Shown one piece after another: positions 9,664 to 18,559 of a DNA stretch of 64,000 nt. Position numbers and translations under genes: made by a program. The DNA is from Alphaproteobacteria bacterium (GTDB lineage Bacteria; Pseudomonadota; Alphaproteobacteria; MPNO01): contig OZ219866.1 in NCBI GenBank assembly GCA_964291675.2, positions 3,008,001 through 3,072,000 on the forward strand, in the 5' to 3' direction. Every line of letters starts with the position of its first letter. Position 1 is the first letter of the stretch. Below the pieces are notes generated by a model. It was not told the origin of the DNA. It worked only from the letters and a program-made list of their open reading frames with translations, and made no database searches.

Positions 9664-10166
9664 GGAGCTGACCTTGCGATACTCGGCAACCTTGCCGCAT
9701 CGGCCTGCGACGGTTTAGGCGGTATTTCCGCCAACGCACTGTTGGGCCGAATCCGCCGATCCCTCACTCCTTCTTCGTGCTTCACCGCTCTTGAGCGCTG
9801 CGCGGGGGCGAGGGATCGGACCAGATCCTCAGATCGGTAATTCCTCGCGGCGCGCTGCAAGTACGGCTCGGATCGAGGCCGCAACTCCTCGCGACAGATA
9901 CCGACCAGCAGCTCGCTGACGGTATCCAGCGTCCAGTTGCCCGGCGATCCGAGCAGCCTGGTGACGCGAGCCGGCTCGAGCCCGAGGCGCCGCGCGAGCT
10001 TTGCCTTGGTCAACCCGTCCCGTTCGGCCGCCTCGTGGAACCGCCGCAGAACGTAGTCGTAGAAGCTGTTCCTCACCCGCTCGTTGAGATAGCCGAGCGC
10101 GTAGTCCGAGAGCGGCTCGTCGCCCGCGATCTCAGATTTCACTGGAATTTGTCGAAACGTAGTCAC
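9660..10166 (-). CDS. XRE-family HTH protein (putative antitoxin)
   Basis: GLTKAKLARRLGLEPARVTRLLGSPGNWTLDTVSELL HTH. Confidence 0.7.
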   Translation of the reverse strand: MTTFRQIPVKSEIAGDEPLSDYALGYLNERVRNSFYDYVLRRFHEAAERDGLTKAKLARRLGLEPARVTRLLGSPGNWTLDTVSELLVGICREELRPRSEPYLQRAARNYRSEDLVRSLAPAQRSRAVKHEEGVRDRRIRPNSALAEIPPKPSQADAARLPSIARSAP

Positions 10167-10674
10167 GGCAGCTTCCTCCTGTCAGCGGCACCGCGCCGGG
10201 AAGGGCGGCATTCCAGCGCTCGTTCGTCTCGATGAGGGCCAGCTCGTACTCCAGCGAATCCCGCTTGCCGAGCGGCCTCCGGCCGCCGAACCGAACCGAC
10301 CTGGGCTCCCACGAGAGGGCAACGAACGTGTCGGCGCAGGGAAACCTTCCAAACACGCGCAAGCCGGGGTTCGGGTCGCGGCTCCTGATTTCCCAGGTTC
10401 CGTCCGCGGGCGGATCCATGAGCGCCAGGAATGCGCTTCCGTGCTCGAACGGCGTCATGCTCAGCGTCACGTGCTCGCCTTTGACAAACGATTCCAGGTC
10501 TCCCTGAAGCCGGCCGACCCGCCGCCCCCAAGCCTCGACCCGCTCGGAAATGTCATCGGCGAGCCGAGGATGGAGAAGCACGGAACGGACCGCCTCGTCA
10601 CTGTCGAACTCCGGCACGAATGCGCGAAGGCGACCCGTTACGATCGCAGCCTCGATACTCTCTGCTATTGACAT
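10132..10674 (-). CDS. Putative RelE/HigB-like toxin
   Basis: WEIRSRDPNPGLRVFGRF resembles the RelE-fold WE.R...R motif; lies upstream of an HTH gene. Confidence 0.5.
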   Translation of the reverse strand: MSIAESIEAAIVTGRLRAFVPEFDSDEAVRSVLLHPRLADDISERVEAWGRRVGRLQGDLESFVKGEHVTLSMTPFEHGSAFLALMDPPADGTWEIRSRDPNPGLRVFGRFPCADTFVALSWEPRSVRFGGRRPLGKRDSLEYELALIETNERWNAALPGAVPLTGGSCRDYVSTNSSEI

Positions 10675-10785
10675 TTAAGTCAACTGGATCGCGCTTGGCC
10701 TGGACCGCCGAACAAGGTAGCACGATGGATGAGCGGACGCCGAAGCCCGCCTCGTCCGCCCGGGCCCCCCCGTTCCCCCGCCAGC

Positions 10786-10929
10786 AAAAAGGGCGCCGGT
10801 CCCTCCGGCGCCCCATTTGTCGACTGTGACAAACCTACCCCAAAACGCGTCCCATGTCAAGCGAAAAATGCGTTAAAGGGAAATTTTTTGCGTAACCCCC
10901 TGGAATTCCGGGGGTTTCTTGCCGGTGCC
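10786..10929 (-). promoter_or_regulatory. Promoter+terminator repeat unit, copy 3
   Basis: TTGACA-17-TAGGTT plus the same hairpin and T run; similarity to the copy 1 region continues to about 10971. Confidence 0.75.
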
Positions 10930-11058
10930 GACTCGGGCTGCGGGGCGGGCGACTGTCCCTCGATACGCCCCCATCGGCATTTCGACCAAGCGGAGCGAGC
11001 CCCGGCACTGACAAATCCGGCGACAGGGCAGGAAGATATCCACAGATCGAACGGCAAG

Positions 11059-11304
11059 CTAGCCAAACAGCTTGATGAGCGTGATTGCGAGCCCGATCCC
11101 GATAACGGAGGCGGCAACGACGCCGCCGAGCACCCATGCCTTGGTCGCCATGGTGTTTTCGATACCCCTGATCCGTTCGTCAATCCGGGCTAGCTGGATT
11201 TCCAATGCCCGCAAGCGAGCGTCGATGCCATCTCCGTTCGACCCGCCGGCATGCACCAAGGATGCCGATGGAGTCGCCGTGGGATGTGGACGGACCGACG
11301 CCAT
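11059..11304 (-). CDS. Small coiled-coil protein with C-terminal TM helix (XhlA-like)
   Basis: IDARLRALEIQLARIDERIRGIE followed by WVLGGVVAASVIGIGLAITLI; start overlaps the upstream stop. Confidence 0.6.
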   Translation of the reverse strand: MASVRPHPTATPSASLVHAGGSNGDGIDARLRALEIQLARIDERIRGIENTMATKAWVLGGVVAASVIGIGLAITLIKLFG

Positions 11305-11570
11305 CACGCCCTGACCTTGGAGAGCCATTCCCAAAGGTCGTTTCGATTGAATCCGAAATAGGCAGAGATCTCGAGAACGATACCGAGACGACTGTCGGCG
11401 TCCGTGGCAACCCCGACGGTCCTGGCCACGTCCGATGTCAGGACGATCCCTTCGGGTGCGACGAATGCCACCCTCTCGTCCAGAATGAAGTGCCTGCCGG
11501 GCCAGTTCTGCTTTATCGCTTCCCATGCGCCGGCGTCCGGCTGATTGAGATAGACGGCGAAGGTACTCAT
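11304..11570 (-). CDS. Hypothetical protein (88 aa, alpha/beta)
   Basis: MSTFAVYLNQ...GFNRNDLWEWL; upstream TTGACC-17-TAGGGT promoter-like sequence. Confidence 0.6.
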   Translation of the reverse strand: MSTFAVYLNQPDAGAWEAIKQNWPGRHFILDERVAFVAPEGIVLTSDVARTVGVATDADSRLGIVLEISAYFGFNRNDLWEWLSKVRA

Positions 11571-11711
11571 CCGGCGACCCTTTCCCGTCGGCGCGTAAAC
11601 CCTAGATAGGGGCCGTTTCGCGGTCAACAACCCTGGCTGGCACCGGAGGTCGAAGCCGCCTCGATGTGTACGGTGCGCGGTGCGCGCCTTCGTCTCCGCT
11701 CCCCGCCCGGC

Positions 11712-11851
11712 AAAAAGGGCGCCGGTCTCTCCGGCGCCCCATTTGTCGACTGTGACAAATCTACCCCAAAACGCGTCCCATGTCAAGCAAAAAATGCGTT
11801 AAAGGGAAATTTTTTGCGGAACCCCCTGGAATCCCGGGCGTTTCTTGCCGG
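11712..11851 (-). promoter_or_regulatory. Promoter+terminator repeat unit, copy 4
   Basis: TTGACA-17-TAGATT plus hairpin and T run. Confidence 0.75.
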
Positions 11852-11924
11852 CTGCGATTGGGGACGTTCCGTCGCTATCCAGGGTGAGGGCTCTATCGAG
11901 CGGCGGCCCGATCGAGGAGGGGGC

Positions 11925-12395
11925 CTACGCGCTCGTCCGGACTTGGGGGCGAGGCGGGTCCGGGAGGGCGATGGATACCGACCCCGTCATCCCGTTGTAG
12001 AGCATCGTCACATGGCGCAGGAGCGCGCGGCCGATGAGTGCGCCGTGCGGCTGCCCGCCCGCATGGAGGTGCACGCCCGCGAACCTGCCGGAGACGGCCA
12101 GGTCCAGGATGGGGATGAATATCTGGGCCAGATGGACATTGACCTCTCCGGCCCCGTGCACCCCGGATACTTGCACACGATCGATGGCCGGCAAGCCGAC
12201 CGCCGCCGCGATGGAAGAGTCTATGCAGCTTTCCCCTGCCCCCGTATCGACCAGAGCACGGTGCTCGGCCTGCGGCAGGTTCGGGTTCCCGCCGGCACGG
12301 TAGTCGGGATCGAAGCCGATCCGCACCCGGAGCGTGGGGCCGAACCTGACCAGGGCATAGGGTTGCCCTGCGAACCCGCACTCAGCTTGCGGCAT
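11925..12395 (-). CDS. Retropepsin-like aspartic protease
   Basis: ALVDTGA catalytic motif, SGVHG flap and ALIGRALL motif. Confidence 0.8.
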   Translation of the reverse strand: MPQAECGFAGQPYALVRFGPTLRVRIGFDPDYRAGGNPNLPQAEHRALVDTGAGESCIDSSIAAAVGLPAIDRVQVSGVHGAGEVNVHLAQIFIPILDLAVSGRFAGVHLHAGGQPHGALIGRALLRHVTMLYNGMTGSVSIALPDPPRPQVRTSA

Positions 12396-12651
12396 CCACC
12401 GCAACCGGGTTGTAGAGCGCCGAGGCGGGTAGCGTGATCGGCGGAGCGCCGATCTCCCTGATCAAGTACGGCCCTGCCCCGAACCGCTCGACCGCCTGCG
12501 CGGCGGCGTCCTCGAACGTGTCGTAGAGGCCCGCCAGCTCCCCGCCATGCACGATCGCCCACTTGCCCAGGTGATCCGTCTCGAGCGCGTTGCGCATGCC
12601 TTCATAGGCAGCGATCTCCCTGGTCAGCGCAGGTGCCTCCGCATCCGCCAT
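12382..12651 (-). CDS. DUF5678-like small protein, partner of the retropepsin
   Basis: HLGKWAIVHGGELAGLYDTFEDA..YLIREIG; overlaps the protease start. Confidence 0.65.
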   Translation of the reverse strand: MADAEAPALTREIAAYEGMRNALETDHLGKWAIVHGGELAGLYDTFEDAAAQAVERFGAGPYLIREIGAPPITLPASALYNPVAVDAAS

Positions 12652-12762
12652 ACGAGCCCTCCTTCCGGGACTGCGGGGAAGACCGCAACCCCTTGGCACG
12701 GGAAAACAATAGGATATCGCGGGGCACAAGCATATCCCGCCGTGAAGCCGACCGGGCACCCG

Positions 12763-12851
12763 CCCACGAAAAAAGGCGCCGGTCCCTCCGGCGCCCCATT
12801 TCTCGACTATGAAAAATATAGTCGAAAACGCGTCCCGTGTCAAGCAAAAAT
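12763..12851 (-). promoter_or_regulatory. Promoter+terminator unit, copy 5 (most diverged, directly after the Q-like gene)
   Basis: TTGACA-CGGGACGCGTTTTCGAC-TATATT, then GGCGCCGG-AGGGA-CCGGCGCC-TTTTTT. Confidence 0.75.
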
Positions 12852-13438
12852 TATCCGAAGTCGTCGTTCTCCTGCTCCTCCTCGTCCGTCCGCTCTGCCG
12901 GGTCCATGCGCACGGCCGAGGAATTGCGGGTCTCGGGGTACGGCGCGTCGACCCAGCCGGCAAGCTCGGCGTAGCGGTGCAGCGCGGCCCGGACGTGCTC
13001 GACCGCCGAGCCGTGGCGCATGCGGTACCAGCCCTCGACCTGGCGCAGCCCGTGATTGTCGATCACCACGTCGAGGATGAGCTGGAGCCGCGTGGTGCGC
13101 ACCGCGCCGGCGGCGACGGTGACCGCCATCTCGCGCGCCCAGGGCCGGTAGCGCAGCCGCCAGGCCAGCTCCTCCGCCGGGGTGAGCCGGTCGATGGGGT
13201 CGGTGAACATGGCGCGGCGCCGGCGCTGGGCGATGGGCGCGGCCGGGCGCGCGGCGGGGAACAACCCGCGGCCGAACGCCTCCCAGACCCGGCGGATCTC
13301 GAGCGCCGCGCGGAGCTGGCCGGCGCAGAGCCGGCCGTCGCGCCCCAGCCGGGCGACGATGTCGCGGCGCAGCTTGCGCAGCGTCTCGGGGGTCGGCCCG
13401 GCATCCCGGGGTGCGGCGGCTTCGGTTTCGGGTTCCAT
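12851..13438 (-). CDS. Putative late-gene regulator/antiterminator (Q-like, C-terminal HTH)
   Basis: C-terminal LILDVVIDNHGLRQVEGWYRMRHGSAVEHVRAALHRYA resembles a sigma-region-4/DUF6456-type HTH; sits immediately upstream of the promoter-terminator unit and the packaging genes. Confidence 0.55.
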   Translation of the reverse strand: MEPETEAAAPRDAGPTPETLRKLRRDIVARLGRDGRLCAGQLRAALEIRRVWEAFGRGLFPAARPAAPIAQRRRRAMFTDPIDRLTPAEELAWRLRYRPWAREMAVTVAAGAVRTTRLQLILDVVIDNHGLRQVEGWYRMRHGSAVEHVRAALHRYAELAGWVDAPYPETRNSSAVRMDPAERTDEEEQENDDFG

Positions 13439-13460
13439 GCTGTGCTCCTTCTGCGAATTG

Positions 13461-13907
13461 TCAGCCGGCGCGGCGGCGGGCCGGCGGGCGGACGCTCGGC
13501 CCGGCCGCGAAGGCGCCCGGCAGCGGGTCGATCCCGGGATAGCGGATGCGGGTGCCGGCCGCCCGGGCGGCGCGGATCAGGTCGGGGATCGACGCCGGCG
13601 CGCCGTCGAGCGCGTAGCCGGCGACGGTCGCGGTGACCCTCCCGCCGAGCGTCTCCAGCGCCCGGCGCAGCGGCGGCGAGGGCAGCGGCGGCGCCTCGCC
13701 CTCGCCGTCGTCCTCCGGCCAGGCCATATCCGGCGCCGGCGCCGGCGGGGCGGCGCAGCGCCATTCGTCCAGCGCCGCTTCGAGCGCCGCGGCGGGGCGC
13801 GCGAAGGTCCATTCGAGGAAGCCGAGCTCGATGCCGCTCGCCGCCAGCAGGAGGAGACGCCGGCGCTCCCCCGGGGAGAACGGAAGGCGCTTGCGATCTT
13901 CTTCCAT
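13461..13907 (-). CDS. Hypothetical phage protein, divergent from the repressor
   Basis: AAGGAG RBS before ATG 13907; occupies the Cro position but no HTH is recognisable. Confidence 0.55.
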   Translation of the reverse strand: MEEDRKRLPFSPGERRRLLLLAASGIELGFLEWTFARPAAALEAALDEWRCAAPPAPAPDMAWPEDDGEGEAPPLPSPPLRRALETLGGRVTATVAGYALDGAPASIPDLIRAARAAGTRIRYPGIDPLPGAFAAGPSVRPPARRRAG

Positions 13908-13940
13908 ATGCGCTATCTCCTTCTCATATCTGACGCCTGT

Positions 13941-13968
13941 AGTTTGCATGAAAAGAAAACTCTGTCAA
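13941..13968 (-). promoter_or_regulatory. Putative pR-like promoter with overlapping operator
   Basis: TTGACA at 13968-13963 followed by the imperfect palindrome AGTTT-N11-AAACT in an AT-rich divergent intergenic region. Confidence 0.45.
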
Positions 13969-14008
13969 GTAGCAATACGCCGAAGGATGCAATTTCTGGG
14001 TGAGGACC

Positions 14009-14641
14009 ATGGCCGAAAGACCTGACGGAATCGCGATCTCCAACCGTATCCGGCAATGGCGCAAGCGGCGCGGGCTGACGCTCCAGGTGCTGGCCGGGCG
14101 GCTCGGCACCTCGGCCGGCCATCTGCACAAATGGGAGACCGGCAAGGTGTCGATCACGCTCGACCGGCTGGGCGAGGTGGCCACCGCGCTGGAGTGCAAC
14201 GTGCTCGACCTGGTCGAGGGGCTGGCCAACGTGCCGGTGGTCGGCCGGGTCGGCGCGGGCTCCGAGGTGCATGCCGTCGACGACCACGCGATGGGCCAGG
14301 GAACCCGCCAAGTGCGCTGCCCCAACGGGCTCGACGCCCAGCAGACGGTGGCGGTCGAGGTGGTCGGCGATTCGATGCTGCCGATCGAGGAGGGCTGGCT
14401 GCTGTTCTACACCCGCGACTACCAGGGGGTGCCGACGGAATGCCTCGGCAAGCTGTGCGTGGTGCAGCTCGCCGAGGACGGGCCGCGCTACGTCAAGCGG
14501 CTCAAGCCGGGGCGGCAGAACGGGCTGTTCAACCTGTACAGCACCAACGCCCGCGAGATGGAGGACATGGCGCTCGCCTGGGCCGCGCCGGTGCTGGACG
14601 CGCGCCCGCCCGTGCCCGGCGAGAGCGGCGCCCGGGGCTGA
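14009..14641 (+). CDS. CI/LexA-like repressor (XRE HTH + S24 autopeptidase)
   Basis: HTH RGLTLQVLAGRLGTSAGHLHKWETG; VGAG cleavage-site motif; GDSM serine and VKRL lysine. Confidence 0.88.
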   Translation: MAERPDGIAISNRIRQWRKRRGLTLQVLAGRLGTSAGHLHKWETGKVSITLDRLGEVATALECNVLDLVEGLANVPVVGRVGAGSEVHAVDDHAMGQGTRQVRCPNGLDAQQTVAVEVVGDSMLPIEEGWLLFYTRDYQGVPTECLGKLCVVQLAEDGPRYVKRLKPGRQNGLFNLYSTNAREMEDMALAWAAPVLDARPPVPGESGARG

Positions 14642-14746
14642 AAGGAATTCCCGGAAAGCGTAAATCGGGCATCGCGGGATTTATTCGATAGGGGAATTCG
14701 CCCCGCCGCGACGGCCGCGCGGGCCGGGCGAATCGGCTCGCCCCCG

Positions 14747-15025
14747 CCCGTCATGCCCGGACTTGATCCGGGCACCAACAGGTGCCGCCGGCACAACGCC
14801 CCGTCGGTTGAGGCGGCGGCACCAGTGGGTGGCCGGATCGAGTCCGGCCATGGGTGCCCGGATCACCCCCGGACTTGATCCGGGGGCCGGGCATGGCGAT
14901 GGGGGAGCCGGGGCGGTGGAACAAGACGACGCGGCGGGCGCGCCGCGATCCCTGCCCCGATCCAGACCGGACAGCAGTCGAACCGGCCCGGCCATGACGT
15001 GGCGGGGCAGGGCGCGTATCGAGAG
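14747..15025. repeat. Cluster of REP-like palindromes
   Basis: Several family B copies and one family A half-site. Confidence 0.7.
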
Positions 15026-15137
15026 ACGCCTCGCCGCGACGGTTCCATGCGGCGCGCATATGCTCTAAGACGAAGCGCCGGAACCGCGCGGCACGGCGCG
15101 GCCGGGCGAGGGCACGGTTTCCGCGAGGGGGAGGGAC

Positions 15138-16418
15138 ATGAGCGAACTCTGGCAGCTCACCGCGGCCGAGGCGGGCCGGCGCATCGCCGCCGGCGAGATT
15201 CTTTCGGAGGCGCTGGTCCGGTCCTGCCTGGAGCGGATCGAGGACCGCGACGCCGACATCGAGGCCTGGGCCCATCTCGATCCCGACTACGCCATGGCCC
15301 AGGCGCGGGCGGCCGATTCCCAGGCGCCCAGGGGCCCGCTGCACGGCGTGCCGTTCGCGGTGAAGGACGTGATCGACTCGGGCGAGCTGCCGACCGAGTA
15401 CGGCGCGCCGGCGATCCATGGCGGCCACCGGCCGCAGCGCGACGCGGCCTGCGTGGCGGCGATGCGCCGGGGCGGCGCGGTGCTGCTGGGCAAGACCGTC
15501 TCCACCGAGTTCGCCACCTTCCAGCCCGGCAAGACCCGCAACCCGCACAACGCGGGCCACACCCCGGGCGGCTCGTCGAGCGGCTCGGCCGCCGCGGTCG
15601 GCGCCTCGATGGTGCCGATCGCCTTCGGCAACCAGACCGCCGGGTCGCTGATCCGCCCGGCCGCGTTCTGCGGCGTGGCCGGGCTCAAGCCGACCCACGG
15701 CACGGTGGACCTCGCCGGCATTCTCGCGCTCGAGCCGGTCTTCGACACGCTGGGCTACATGGCCCGGTCGGTCGACGATCTGGGGCTGTTCTACGACATC
15801 GTGCGCGGCGCCGAGCCCGCGGTCCCGGCGGACGGGCTCGGCCGCGCGCCGAAAATCGGGCTGTGCCGCACCCATCACTGGAGCAGGGCCGAGGACGAGA
15901 CCCGCGAGGCGGTCGAGCGCGCGGCGGCGAGATTCGCCGATCTCGGCGCCGAAGTCGCCGATCTCGACCTGCCGGACGCGTTCGCCGCGATCCCCGACAG
16001 CCACCGGGTGCTCCTCAACGCCGGGCTGACCCAGAGCCTCGCCCGGCAATACGCCGATCACCGCGACCGGCTGAGCGAGCGGCTGCGCGGCATGATCGAG
16101 GAGGGGCTGGGCTATGACGAGGCGACGGTCGAGGCCGCCCGCACCCATGCCAGGGCGTGCCGCGCGCAGGCCGACGAGGCGTTCGGCGGGTGCGACGCGC
16201 TGCTCACCCCGAGCGCGCCCGGCGAGGCGCCGGAGGGGCTCGGCATGACCGGCGATCCGATCTTCCAGACCACCTGGACGCTCTTGCATCTGCCCTGCGT
16301 GACGCTGCCCTTCGCGACCGGGCCGCGCGGGCTCCCGGTCGGCGTGCAGCTGATCGGCAGGCGCGGCGCGGATGCCGCCCTGCTCGCCGCCGCCAAGTGG
16401 TTCCACCGGCGGGTGTGA
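15138..16418 (+). CDS. Amidase signature family protein
   Basis: GPLHGVPFAVKD, PGGSSSGSAAAV and QTAGSLIRPAAFCG. Confidence 0.92.
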   Translation: MSELWQLTAAEAGRRIAAGEILSEALVRSCLERIEDRDADIEAWAHLDPDYAMAQARAADSQAPRGPLHGVPFAVKDVIDSGELPTEYGAPAIHGGHRPQRDAACVAAMRRGGAVLLGKTVSTEFATFQPGKTRNPHNAGHTPGGSSSGSAAAVGASMVPIAFGNQTAGSLIRPAAFCGVAGLKPTHGTVDLAGILALEPVFDTLGYMARSVDDLGLFYDIVRGAEPAVPADGLGRAPKIGLCRTHHWSRAEDETREAVERAAARFADLGAEVADLDLPDAFAAIPDSHRVLLNAGLTQSLARQYADHRDRLSERLRGMIEEGLGYDEATVEAARTHARACRAQADEAFGGCDALLTPSAPGEAPEGLGMTGDPIFQTTWTLLHLPCVTLPFATGPRGLPVGVQLIGRRGADAALLAAAKWFHRRV

Positions 16419-17221
16419 GCGAGCCGCCAGGCCCCGCCGCCGGCCGCATTGCGCGCATCGCCGCGCCGCTCGCGATCGGCATCGCCGTGCTCGCCCTCTG
16501 GGAGGGCGCGGTCCGCGTCCACGAGGTCGCGCACTATGTCCTGCCCGGGCCGCTGCTGATCCTGGAGACCCTGGCGAAGGACTGGCAGACCCTGCTGGTC
16601 TCGCTCGCGCACACCATGAAGACGGCGCTCGGCGCGTTCCTGCTGGCGGCGGCGGGCGGGCTCGGCATCGCCATCCTGTTCGCCCGCTCGCGCTGGCTGG
16701 AGGCGAGCCTGTTCCCCTACGCGGTGATCGTCCAGGTGACGCCGGTGGTCTCGATCGCCCCGCTGATCATCATCTGGGTCAAGGACATCGAGATCGCGCT
16801 CTTGATCTGCGCCTGGATCGTCGCCTTCTTCCCGGTCGTCGCCAACACCACGCTCGGGCTGAAGAGCGCCGACCACAATCTGCGCGACCTGTTCGAGCTC
16901 TACGGCGCGAGCCCGCGCCAGATCCTGTGGCGGCTCCGCCTGCCGAGCGCGCTGCCCTACTACCTGTCCTCGCTCAGGATCGCCGGCGGGCTCGCGCTGA
17001 TCGGCGCGGTGGTGGCGGAGTTCGTCGCCGGCACCGGCGGCGCCGCCTCGGGGCTCGCCTGGCGCATCCTCGAATCGGGCTACCGGCTCAACATCCCGCG
17101 CATGTTCGCCGCGCTGCTGCTGATCTCGCTCGCCGGCATCGCCGTGTTCGCCGCGCTCGGCTGGCTGCAGCACGCCCTGCTGCGCCGCTGGCACGAGAGC
17201 GCGGTGGCCAGGGAGGGGTAG
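16415..17221 (+). CDS. ABC transporter permease (nitrate/sulfonate type)
   Basis: GTG overlaps the amidase stop; several TM segments; LYGAS...LRLPSALP and GAVVAEF motifs. Confidence 0.88.
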   Translation: MSEPPGPAAGRIARIAAPLAIGIAVLALWEGAVRVHEVAHYVLPGPLLILETLAKDWQTLLVSLAHTMKTALGAFLLAAAGGLGIAILFARSRWLEASLFPYAVIVQVTPVVSIAPLIIIWVKDIEIALLICAWIVAFFPVVANTTLGLKSADHNLRDLFELYGASPRQILWRLRLPSALPYYLSSLRIAGGLALIGAVVAEFVAGTGGAASGLAWRILESGYRLNIPRMFAALLLISLAGIAVFAALGWLQHALLRRWHESAVAREG

Positions 17222-17320
17222 GGGGTCCGCATGGCCCAGCAACCGTCCATGCACTAACATCCGGAGCGAACCGCTCAGGGGTGCCGGTCGCAGCGACACC
17301 CGCGTGACGGAAACAGCGAA

Positions 17321-18559
17321 ATGAACGCGATGACGATGACCGGCGAGGCGCCACCGCGGATCGAACGCCTCAAGGTGCAGAACTTTCGTGCCCTGCGGGA
17401 CGTCGAGCTGACGCGGATCACGCCGCTTACCGTGCTGCTGGGCCCCAACGGCAGCGGCAAGACGACGGTGTTCGACGTCTTCGCCTTTCTCGCCGAATGC
17501 TTCGAGAGCGGGCTGCGCCGAGCTTGGGAAAAGCGCGGCAGGGCGCGCGAGCTGAAATCGCGCGGCGCGGACGGACCTGTCCTGATCGAGATCGCCTATC
17601 GCGAACGGCCGAAGACACCCCTGATCACCTATCGCCTCGAAGTGGACGAGACCAACGGCAGACCCGTCGTGGCCCAGGAATGGCTTCGGTGGAAGCGGGG
17701 GAGCCATGGAGCACCGTTCAGGTTTCTCGACTACGCCGACGGAGTGGGGCGGGTCATCCCGGGTGAACTGCCCGACGCGCGGGATGAGGGGATGGAGGTC
17801 CCCCTGAGTTCACCGGACACGCTCGCGGTCAACGCGCTCGGCCAGCTCGCGGAGAACCCCCGTGTGGTCGCGCTCCGGGACATCATCATGGGATGGCACA
17901 TGTCCTGTCTCTCGTTCGAGGACGCGCGGGGACAGCCGGAGGCGGGGCCACAGGAGCGCCTGAGCAAGACCGGGGACAACCTCGCCAACGTGATCCAGTA
18001 TCTGTCCGAAGAGCATCCCGAACGCTTGGAGTCGATCTTCGGCAGGCTCCGCGAACGGGTCCCCAGGATCGAGAACGTCACCGTCGACCTGACGAGGGAC
18101 GGCAGGCTGTTACTCCGAGTCAAGGACGCCCCGTTCGCCGAGCCCGTCATGGCCCGCTCCGTGTCCGAAGGCACGCTCAAAATGCTCGCCTACCTGACGC
18201 TGCTGCACGACCCGGTTCCGCCGCCCTTCATCGGCATCGAGGAGCCCGAGAACTTCCTGCATCCCCGCGTGCTCCACGGGTTCGCCGAGGAGTGCCGGGA
18301 AGCGGCCCGGGCGACCCAGATCCTCGTCACCACCCATTCGCCGTTCTTCCTCGACACGCTGCGACCGCGCGAAGTGCGCGTGCTTTGGCGCGACGAGTCC
18401 GGCTACACGCGATGTCACGCCTTGGACGGAAACGACAAGGTCAAGGCGTTCATGGAGGCCGGCGCCCAGCTTGGCGATCTCTGGATGGAAGGGCATTTCG
18501 GTGTCGGAGACCCGCTGACCGGGGGCGGAATGCCGGCGCGGGGCAGTGTCGGAACCTGA
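17321..18559 (+). CDS. ABC-type AAA ATPase (AAA_21 family)
   Basis: [12 protein letters not shown] signature, IGIEEPEN and TTHSP. Confidence 0.85.
   Translation: MNAMTMTGEAPPRIERLKVQNFRALRDVELTRITPLTVLLGPNGSGKTTVFDVFAFLAECFESGLRRAWEKRGRARELKSRGADGPVLIEIAYRERPKTPLITYRLEVDETNGRPVVAQEWLRWKRGSHGAPFRFLDYADGVGRVIPGELPDARDEGMEVPLSSPDTLAVNALGQLAENPRVVALRDIIMGWHMSCLSFEDARGQPEAGPQERLSKTGDNLANVIQYLSEEHPERLESIFGRLRERVPRIENVTVDLTRDGRLLLRVKDAPFAEPVMARSVSEGTLKMLAYLTLLHDPVPPPFIGIEEPENFLHPRVLHGFAEECREAARATQILVTTHSPFFLDTLRPREVRVLWRDESGYTRCHALDGNDKVKAFMEAGAQLGDLWMEGHFGVGDPLTGGGMPARGSVGT

Noticed and set aside
8281-12851. CRISPR array or classical integron attC array
   Set aside because: Units are ~140 bp with gene-sized, irregular intervals. 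There are no cas genes or intI nearby, and I could not identify RYYYAAC/GTTRRRY attC ends. The unit reads as promoter plus terminator.
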